Below are positions 21,751 through 29,106 of a DNA stretch of 64,000 nt, piece by piece (the first letter of the stretch is position 1; each line of letters starts with the position of its first letter). This stretch comes from Limnothrix sp. BL-A-16. GTDB taxonomy: Bacteria; Cyanobacteriota; Cyanobacteriia; CACIAM-69d. The notes under the pieces were generated by a model, which was not told the DNA's origin, searched no databases, and saw only the letters and a list, made by a program, of their open reading frames with translations. The translations under genes and the position numbers were made by a program. The DNA is taken from assembly GCA_041937175.2 (NCBI GenBank), contig CP166615.1:4288001-4352000 (forward strand). Reading direction: 5' to 3'.

Positions 21751-21782
21751 GCCCTTCGATCGCGCAAATTAGATCGAAGGGC
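21751..21782. terminator. Hairpin between the convergent HEPN gene and psbQ
   Basis: GCCCTTCGATC...GATCGAAGGGC stem with an upstream A-tract. Confidence 0.55.
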
Positions 21783-21813
21783 TGATTGACAAACTATTTA
21801 CAGAAACGGGCTA

Positions 21814-22251
21814 CTAGGGGACAACGCTCAGGAACTGATCGAAAGCCTTCACAGCAGCCAAATATTCATTGCCAGCGCGCTTGTAGTCAAACTCACCGGC
21901 AAATTCATCCATTGCCACCAGATGCTTAAACAGATCCTTGGCGGCGGCTTCGGCGGTGGCGCGATCGCTGCCCTTTAACCGGCGGCTGACGCGGCTCAAC
22001 CGTTCACGCAACTCGCCCAAGGGGCCATGAACAAAGGTTTGGATTTCGCGCCAACGCTTGTTGGCAATGTAGCCCTCGATCGTTGGTAGCTGATCGCGCA
22101 GGTCTTGTACACCGGGTACAAAAATTTCGATTTGGGCTTTTTGGGCACTGGTGTAGGTTTCTGCTTGGGCAGCGGGAGCAAAGCCCAAACCAGCAAAGGC
22201 GATCGTCGCCGCCATCACCAGGGCCAACAGGGCCGAACGGAGTCGAATCAT
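21814..22251 (-). CDS. psbQ: Photosystem II extrinsic protein CyanoQ
   Basis: TYT..Q, W..I..F.HGPLGELR, A.DLF.HL..MD and Y..A...FD.FL motifs; signal peptide ends AQA. Confidence 0.85.
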   Translation of the reverse strand: MIRLRSALLALVMAATIAFAGLGFAPAAQAETYTSAQKAQIEIFVPGVQDLRDQLPTIEGYIANKRWREIQTFVHGPLGELRERLSRVSRRLKGSDRATAEAAAKDLFKHLVAMDEFAGEFDYKRAGNEYLAAVKAFDQFLSVVP

Positions 22252-22359
22252 GGGGATCTCGTTAAAAAAGTGCGGGAAAAATCGAATGGTGAACCGGCTT
22301 GCGCCAATTCCGTTGGATCATTGGATTGTAACGATATGTATCGACATCCCACCCACCTG

Positions 22360-23214
22360 TCAAGTCGCCATCCGCCGCAGAAAGGGAATCAGCGCCTCTG
22401 ACACCTTTTCCGGCCAGTCCTCTTGGGCATAGTGACCCGTTTCGTCCATTTCCACAAACTCGCAGTCGGCAATGGTTTTGGCGGCAGTTTTGGCGGCTTC
22501 CACGGGCAACCAAGGATCGCTCGCGCCCCAGGCCACCAAGGTCGGTTTTTCCCAGCGGGTCAGGCCTTCGGTAATTTCCTGCACGGTCTGTTTCAGCCGC
22601 AGGTTTTGCAACACCGCCAGCAGGGCCCGCCCCGCCCCAGAACTGGTCAGGAACGGCCGGCGATACACATCCAAGTCCGCATCGTCCACTTGGTAGGGGC
22701 CACCACCTTCGAGCAGCCGATCAACCAGCAGCGGATCTTGGGTCATCATGTCGCCCACCAGCGGAATCGCCATTTGGGAAATTTTCCAGGGCAGCTTGGC
22801 TTCGGGAAAAATTGGAGCATTGATAATCGCCAGCCGCTCGACGCGATCGGGATTCCGCAAGGCGTACTGAATTCCCAGGGAGCCAAAAAATCCCTGGGCT
22901 ACGATCGAGACGCGATCGAGTTCCATGGCGGCCAAAAACTGCTCCAGCAGGCCGATCATCGCGTCGGGCGTGTAGGCAAAATCCAGCCGCTCGGGGCGAT
23001 CGGACGCACCAAAACCGGGAAAGTCCGGGGCGATCGCTCGGAAGCCCTGTTCCGCCAGCGCGGGCAGCACCTTCCGCCAGCTATAGCCAAAGGCCACCAA
23101 CCCATGGAGCAACAACACAGGCGGGCGATCGTTCGGTGATTCGGGCACAACCTCGCGATAGACCCAGGTGTAGTCACCGGCTTTCACCGTTTGTTCTGGA
23201 ATGCGTTTTGCCAT
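22360..23214 (-). CDS. Alpha/beta fold hydrolase
   Basis: LLLHG, APDFPGFGASD, WGASDPWL, GHYAQEDWPE; ATG at 23214. Confidence 0.88.
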   Translation of the reverse strand: MAKRIPEQTVKAGDYTWVYREVVPESPNDRPPVLLLHGLVAFGYSWRKVLPALAEQGFRAIAPDFPGFGASDRPERLDFAYTPDAMIGLLEQFLAAMELDRVSIVAQGFFGSLGIQYALRNPDRVERLAIINAPIFPEAKLPWKISQMAIPLVGDMMTQDPLLVDRLLEGGGPYQVDDADLDVYRRPFLTSSGAGRALLAVLQNLRLKQTVQEITEGLTRWEKPTLVAWGASDPWLPVEAAKTAAKTIADCEFVEMDETGHYAQEDWPEKVSEALIPFLRRMAT

Positions 23215-23351
23215 CACGTCCTCACACAGCAAGTTGGGTTCCGTCTATCAAACACCAAATCTTGCAAAATCCAGCAAAGCGATAGGCGCGATCGCTCCGC
23301 TCAATGCCTGATCATACGGTTATGGATTTCTATCCAAGACTAGACTACAAA

Positions 23352-24179
23352 TTATTGAAAAATTGCTGGAAGAAATTGCTGAATGGTTCGACGAATAATT
23401 AATAGATGACGTTGATTAGTATGCAAGCTGGAAATGATCACTGATGAAGGCTTAGGTTGAGTAAGTAATTGCGTGTGAGCGATCAAATTTTTATTTAGTT
23501 GATAATAAAGAACGAGATAAAAGCAAGGCTTCTTAGTGGATAGTGGTGACTCTTGAAGCTTGATTTCAGTAACTTGACTAAAAGGTGCTTCAACAGTCTT
23601 AGAAATCTTGAATAGATATTGTTTGAAGATCGTGACTCGATCGCTGGTTTTGTCAAATGAGCAAGTAATTAGAATTGGGGTAGTCACTCCTTGAATCATT
23701 AAAAATAGTCCAGGGAGCAGAAACATTAAGCCGCTCATTGACCCTTCCAGGTAATCATCTTGAACAATACTGAGCATTTGGACTTGGGAATTTTGAATAA
23801 AATCATTGATTTGATTAGCAATAATTTCTTGCTTGTGACCAACAATAATTCGATGATTAACTAACTCTAGCTCAGGCGTTTTGGAGAAATACAAAACTAC
23901 GCCAACACCGCTGGCTTTGCGGACTGATGCTCGCATTAAAGGCTCACGAATGGTTAGGGTATTTTGACCCAAGTAACCATCAATTATTCGTTGACAGACC
24001 ATTGATTTTGGACTGGTTGCCAATCGCTGACAATTGAGCGTGGTTCGATTGCTGACGGCTAGCCCCACAATTAGCCCTACGGTAACAAAAGGAAGCCCCA
24101 ACAATCCCAAGCCCAGCCAATTCCAATCGCGATCGCGCAACTGAAGACGGCTAGGCGTTTGCTCTACAACTTCAATCAT
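23352..24179 (-). CDS. Hypothetical membrane protein (two TM segments)
   Basis: AT-rich 275-aa ORF; M.VVEQTP..L.L start and two hydrophobic helices. Confidence 0.65.
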   Translation of the reverse strand: MIEVVEQTPSRLQLRDRDWNWLGLGLLGLPFVTVGLIVGLAVSNRTTLNCQRLATSPKSMVCQRIIDGYLGQNTLTIREPLMRASVRKASGVGVVLYFSKTPELELVNHRIIVGHKQEIIANQINDFIQNSQVQMLSIVQDDYLEGSMSGLMFLLPGLFLMIQGVTTPILITCSFDKTSDRVTIFKQYLFKISKTVEAPFSQVTEIKLQESPLSTKKPCFYLVLYYQLNKNLIAHTQLLTQPKPSSVIISSLHTNQRHLLIIRRTIQQFLPAIFQ

Positions 24180-24324
24180 GGCAAGGAGCACTGAATTCTG
24201 AAGCGATCTTTGATTTCATTCATAAGGTTATTTTTGAATATAAACTCACAGCCTATCTATTTTCAATTGAAATAAAACAAATTTTTAAATTTGATAAAAT
24301 AAATGCCAACTGCGAGACTGCTGA

Positions 24325-25209
24325 ATGAAATTTGCCAATGCTTTGATGAAGCCTAAATCAGGTGATAAAGGTTCTGGTGCGATCGTCCTGTTTGGGTTGC
24401 CAGAGCTATGGCGGTGCTTTGTAAGTGGCTCAGAAGCCGACCAACTCTCGGCCGTGCCCATTGCCATGCGGCGGGGTCTAGGGGGTATTGCTTTCGCTGT
24501 TCTCGCTTTGAAAGCATCTAGTCTGTCGGTGCAACAAGCAGCGATCGAGCAACTCTTGGGTTGTACTGAAGTGATCGCCTTGGAAGCCCTGTGGCAGCAT
24601 TTCCAATTGCCCAATTTGAGCGATCGCGCTCACTATTATAATTTGCAATATTTACTGGCAAATCAGCAATGGCAGGCGGCTGATGATTTGACTATTACTT
24701 TGATTCGGGCGATCGCTGATCGATCTGATCTCTGGTTACGGAAAAGCGATCTTCAGAGCTTGCCGCAGAGTAGTTTGATAGCGATCGATCGTCTCTGGCG
24801 GATCTATAGCCGCGATCGCTTTGGGTTCTCGATTCAAGCTCAGTTGTGGAATACTTGCAAAGCAGAAACCTGTAAGCCCTTCAATTATTCCCGCAATGAT
24901 TTGTGTCGCTGTTTTGGGAGTGCAGTGGGCTGGAAAGTCGAAACCTATGATGGGCGGCATATACCGGAATACGACTTTGAGCGGCGAGCTAAAATTCCCT
25001 ACGATCTCAGCGCCCCGATCGGTCACTTACCCAGTACCTTTGCCCTCGGTGGGGGTGAGTCTCAAGGCGAGTACGATCCGCCTGATACTGAGTCAACGAT
25101 GGGATTTTATGGGTCAGGTCGCTACTACTACACCTGGAGCCAAGATTCGTTCTTTGGTCACGATTTCCTAAGAGAATTTTTCCTGATTGTCGAGTCTGTT
25201 AAGCCTTAG
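24325..25209 (+). CDS. GUN4-like domain protein
   Basis: Y..L..LLANQQWQAAD..T, L.AIDRLW..YS..RFGFSIQ, VGW and APIGHLP motifs; start uncertain. Confidence 0.8.
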   Translation: MKFANALMKPKSGDKGSGAIVLFGLPELWRCFVSGSEADQLSAVPIAMRRGLGGIAFAVLALKASSLSVQQAAIEQLLGCTEVIALEALWQHFQLPNLSDRAHYYNLQYLLANQQWQAADDLTITLIRAIADRSDLWLRKSDLQSLPQSSLIAIDRLWRIYSRDRFGFSIQAQLWNTCKAETCKPFNYSRNDLCRCFGSAVGWKVETYDGRHIPEYDFERRAKIPYDLSAPIGHLPSTFALGGGESQGEYDPPDTESTMGFYGSGRYYYTWSQDSFFGHDFLREFFLIVESVKP

Positions 25210-25231
25210 CGATCGCCTTGCGGAGCAATCT

Positions 25232-25297
25232 CGCACCAGGAAAGTTATTCGGTTTATTTGCTCAGACTTTGCCACGTCACCATGCTCGATCGCCTCC
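25232..25297 (-). pseudogene. Truncated third copy of the antitoxin N-terminal module
   Basis: RBS plus ATG GTG ACG TGG CAA AGT CTG AGC AAA TAA (MVTWQSLSK*); a second stop at codon 13; matches the modules at 25964 and 26692. Confidence 0.85.
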
Positions 25298-25364
25298 TAA
25301 ATTCTGGTTTGACTATGTTATTGCGGAAGTGCTGGAGCAGGAACTGAATTGAGCATTGGCGTTG

Positions 25365-25784
25365 CTAAGTTAATAGGTTTGGCAATACAGAAAAAGTACG
25401 ATTGCCCGGTAAGCGGTAAACATAGAAATCCCGATCGAGGGTACAAATTATTGCTACCTCACGAGTTTCTGCTGCTGCCACTAATGAAGCATCAGCTAAA
25501 TCCATGGGCAAATTTCGATACTGCGCCATCAGCGATTGCATCCTCAGTTGCTCCGCAGAATCATTAACGTGGAAGGTGATTGCTCCAGCTTCAACATAGC
25601 TCCACAGATAGGCTTGAGCTGGCCATCCGCCACCACGTCGCAAGAGGTGCATTGCTTCGGTAAAGCAAGGCCAAGTCGTCACTAGTGGTGCGCGAACTTG
25701 GGTGGTACAAGTGCGGCAGGTTTGATGATAAGGATCGCTCTGATCAATGAGGGCAATTAAGAACGAAGCGTCAGCGAGTGTCAC
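25365..25784 (-). CDS. PIN-domain (VapC-like) toxin
   Basis: LADASFLIAL...D.YH, TTWPCFTE, MDLADASLVAAAE, TLDRDF..YR; GTG at 25784. Confidence 0.88.
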   Translation of the reverse strand: MTLADASFLIALIDQSDPYHQTCRTCTTQVRAPLVTTWPCFTEAMHLLRRGGGWPAQAYLWSYVEAGAITFHVNDSAEQLRMQSLMAQYRNLPMDLADASLVAAAETREVAIICTLDRDFYVYRLPGNRTFSVLPNLLT

Positions 25785-25788
25785 TGAA

Positions 25789-26070
25789 TTACTCCCAGGG
25801 TTTGCCCGCAGTTTCACGAATTTTCATGTGTTTTTCTAGCCAAACATCAGTGGTTGACTCCTCAGAGTTTTGGAAGTTGAGGGAAATTACTCCCATTTGT
25901 CCCTCAAGTAATTCAGCGACGGTTTTGGGTTCTGTTGGCGCTACTTCAATGTCAACGGTAGACTGAGCTGATCGCCCCAGGAGTGATCGCACTAACTGCC
26001 AAATCAGGGCGAGGCGATCGCGCCAAGAGAGTTGTTCAGCTTGTTTGCTCAGACTTTGCCACGTCACCAT
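25789..26070 (-). CDS. Putative antitoxin A (shared 36-aa N-terminal module plus unique C-terminus)
   Basis: AGGAGG RBS; small protein 4 nt upstream of a PIN gene. Confidence 0.75.
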   Translation of the reverse strand: MVTWQSLSKQAEQLSWRDRLALIWQLVRSLLGRSAQSTVDIEVAPTEPKTVAELLEGQMGVISLNFQNSEESTTDVWLEKHMKIRETAGKPWE

Positions 26071-26151
26071 GCTCGATCGCCTCCTGGTCTCTAGTTTAGT
26101 AATTTCACAATAATAAGAATAAGAAATTCAGAAAGTGTCAAAGGGTAATAG

Positions 26152-26568
26152 CTAATCAAACCAATTTTCAAGAGTCAAGTTATTAAAATTCTGGAAATCC
26201 TGCAAATTCCTGGTAACTAGTACAAGTTGACAGGTTGTGGCGATCACTGCAATTTGTCCATCAGCAAATGCGGGTGTTAAACCGAGTCTTGCCAATCGCG
26301 ATCGCTCTTGGGCGTGCCAGTATGCGGCAGCTTGATCGTAGGGCAAAATTGGCAGGGTTTCGGCAATTTGTGCAAGATACGATCGCAACTGATTACGGCG
26401 GTTCGAGGGTGGCAGGCGATCGCAACCAAAGTTCAGCTCATGCCAAGTAATCGTAGAAATAGCGGATTGATGATGATCTCTTTCTACGCGATCAACAACG
26501 CCACGATTAGGGTTGGGGCGTTGTAACTCAGAAATAATATTGGTGTCGAGTAAAAAACGCAGCATCAC
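26152..26568 (-). CDS. PIN-domain (VapC-like) toxin
   Basis: FLLDTNIISE, IS.ITW.EL..G, ILPYD..AA, DGQIA.IA, LVTRN..DF. Confidence 0.9.
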   Translation of the reverse strand: MMLRFLLDTNIISELQRPNPNRGVVDRVERDHHQSAISTITWHELNFGCDRLPPSNRRNQLRSYLAQIAETLPILPYDQAAAYWHAQERSRLARLGLTPAFADGQIAVIATTCQLVLVTRNLQDFQNFNNLTLENWFD

Positions 26569-26798
26569 AAGGTGATATCTCGTCCTGGGTCGCGATCGCG
26601 CACGTCAGCCCAGGGATCATCATCACTCCAAGAGTCCCAATCAATGGTGCTGCGCCATTGGTGGAGGCGTTCCCAGAAGGTAGGAACAGGTTGAGCCGAT
26701 CGCCCCAGGAGCGATCGCACTAACTGCCAAATCAAAGCGAGGCGATCGCGCCAGGAAAGTTGTTCGGCTTGTTTGCTCAGGCTTTGCCACGTCACCAT
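26565..26798 (-). CDS. Putative antitoxin B (shared 36-aa N-terminal module plus unique C-terminus)
   Basis: GGAGG RBS, ATG at 26798; stop overlaps the PIN start; C-terminal VRDRDPGRDITL. Confidence 0.78.
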   Translation of the reverse strand: MVTWQSLSKQAEQLSWRDRLALIWQLVRSLLGRSAQPVPTFWERLHQWRSTIDWDSWSDDDPWADVRDRDPGRDITL

Positions 26799-26888
26799 GC
26801 TCGATCGCCTCCCACTTACACTCATAGAGTGCTGAGTTCTGTGATTTGATGAATCTAGGTCTCGTATTAGCCTGATGGACTTCAGTTT

Positions 26889-28679
26889 TTAAAGATCTGA
26901 AAACTCTAAGCTGATTTGATTGGCAGCAGTGGATTTTTTATTTTGCTGAGATGTGCTTGGCTTTGGAACTGCCCAAATCTTGACAAATTCTTCAGCAAGG
27001 ATCTTACTCCTTGCATTAATTTCGTCTTCTGTCCATTGTTCCAGCACATCAAAATACCGATTCAACTGCACTTTGCTTTCTCTAAGGATTTTGCGCTTTT
27101 CAAGAAAAGGCTTTTGACCCAATTCAGAGTTCCGCGCAGTCAGAGTTAGATTGCCCAACACATGGCGAAGACGAGCATGTGTCCTGGGAGCATTTTCACC
27201 CAAAGCATTTTTCCAATCACGATTAAGCTCCTGCGGTAGCACGTGCTCAATTGTCAAGTTCTCAAACGTCACTACTTCTTTACCCGAGAGTGCTAGCTCA
27301 ATTTCTTGCAAAATCAGGCGTGTTTTCCCTGACTCATGATGGTAGATAGGGAAAGTGCTCAGCTCCTGTTTAATGCTCTCATCATTGGGCCACTTAGTTG
27401 ACAAGAGAAAATTGGATATCTGGTCTTTCGACTGTGATTCATGAATTGCGCGTGCAAAAATTGATCCGTACTGACGTGATGACATACGAAAGATTGCTCG
27501 CCTCAATACATAGCTTTCAATCACCTTCAAATAGTCGCAAAAATCTTGTAATGATAACTTATTCTGGCAATCATCAAAATTTGGATCATAACGCGAATAT
27601 AGATGTAAAAGCAGAGGAATTGCTGTTTTGACTTCCAAGCTTCCAAACCGCTTAAAGGCTGTTAGTAGCTGATGATTTTTTTCCTGTAGCTTGACAATGT
27701 TAATGTAGTAGCGCATGTAGCGCTTAAGATCATTAGCGACTAAATCTAAATTTCTGCTTCCTTTCTTCTGAATATCTTGAATATATCGAACAAAGGTTGG
27801 ATAAAGCGCTTGACGCGGGAAATATTCAGTGTTTGAAATCAAATACCGATAATAAAACTCTGTCAGTTCATCGGGGAAGTCTTCTACTGCTTTCCCATTC
27901 AAAGCATGACGCAGTAGATCTTCAAAAGGAGTCCAATACTGATTGTCAAATTCTTTGTGACGTGCAAGTGGAATTTGCATAAAAATAAAATTTCTGATCA
28001 AGTCTGCCTCTGAAAGTTTTTCACCTTTAAAGTTGAGGCTTTCAAATATTTGAGTCGGGTTATCACTGTCATCAAGATCAACCTTGACCAATCTGAGTCG
28101 TTGCATGATAGTCGTGTACAAGCCCTCCAACTGATCCAGGGGAGCTTTCTGATTAAAAAGATCAGGAGAGCTTAAATGATCTCTTATTTTGTCTCGAAAG
28201 AACAAAAAGCACTTATATACAAGAGACTCTTTGTCAATTGGGTGATTTCTGTTTTCTATAACAATTCCAGAAAATGTGTTTTTGTCTTCTAGTCTTGGTA
28301 ATACTTTAGGTCGACTATGACCTGTGCTAGGTTCTATGAAAGACAGCTCCGACTCAATAGACTTGGAAAAAGCTTCCAGATTCTCTTCCTTGGCTACATC
28401 GCGTAATGCACAGAAGATCATGGTTAATGTTACGAGTCGCTGTTGTCCATCAACAACTATGTGTTGTACAACATTCCCAGAAAGTACCTGGGTAATTAAA
28501 ATCAATGGACCGATAAAGTGTGATGGACGTTGATCAGAGGATTCCGCGACCGATAAGATGTCTATCCAAAGAGTTTGCCACTTTTCTTCTGACCAGCGAT
28601 ATCCTCGTTGAAATTCAGGAATAATATATTCGACTCTACTTGAAAAGATACTTGCTACTGTTGAATCACTGGCACGCAT
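26889..28679 (-). CDS. DUF262/DUF1524 protein (GmrSD-like modification-dependent restriction endonuclease)
   Basis: IPEFQRGYRW, VVDGQQRL, IFESLN..G..L and C-terminal TIEHVLPQ...LGNLTL...N HNH-type motif; AT-rich. Confidence 0.88.
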   Translation of the reverse strand: MRASDSTVASIFSSRVEYIIPEFQRGYRWSEEKWQTLWIDILSVAESSDQRPSHFIGPLILITQVLSGNVVQHIVVDGQQRLVTLTMIFCALRDVAKEENLEAFSKSIESELSFIEPSTGHSRPKVLPRLEDKNTFSGIVIENRNHPIDKESLVYKCFLFFRDKIRDHLSSPDLFNQKAPLDQLEGLYTTIMQRLRLVKVDLDDSDNPTQIFESLNFKGEKLSEADLIRNFIFMQIPLARHKEFDNQYWTPFEDLLRHALNGKAVEDFPDELTEFYYRYLISNTEYFPRQALYPTFVRYIQDIQKKGSRNLDLVANDLKRYMRYYINIVKLQEKNHQLLTAFKRFGSLEVKTAIPLLLHLYSRYDPNFDDCQNKLSLQDFCDYLKVIESYVLRRAIFRMSSRQYGSIFARAIHESQSKDQISNFLLSTKWPNDESIKQELSTFPIYHHESGKTRLILQEIELALSGKEVVTFENLTIEHVLPQELNRDWKNALGENAPRTHARLRHVLGNLTLTARNSELGQKPFLEKRKILRESKVQLNRYFDVLEQWTEDEINARSKILAEEFVKIWAVPKPSTSQQNKKSTAANQISLEFSDL

Positions 28680-29106
28680 AACTTTTGCTCTCCTTCCTAT
28701 AGCCAAAAATCAATCAACTTACTGTATTCAACCTATTGAATTTGATGGATTTTGCACACTAGCAATCGTTCAATATTGATCCCAATTTAGTGTTGGCAGA
28801 TCTGGGGGTCACTGCAAGCATAATTCAAGATGCCTTAATAAGGCTAGAGTGCAAAGTAGCTTGGTGTGATTTGTGTTGGAAAGATTACTCTGAGCGATCT
28901 TTCAGATCAATTCATTGCTGAGCGCTAACGAGCAACACTATCCAGCATACCAATGCTCCAAGTGATTGATCCCAATATGCCCTTCTAGCACCAATCGTTC
29001 ACGACGATCGCCCGCTTGCAACTGACCCCTGCGATCCTAGACTGTTAAGCACGATCGCCGATGCTCGGCATCACCGCTACAGCGCTCGCAGGAGACAGAA
29101 CACACC

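Noticed and set aside
25232..26812. Interpreting the three repeated modules as CRISPR repeats or integron attC sites
   Set aside because: The repeats are protein-coding, ~120 bp long and ~750 bp apart; there is no cas or integrase gene and no attC box structure
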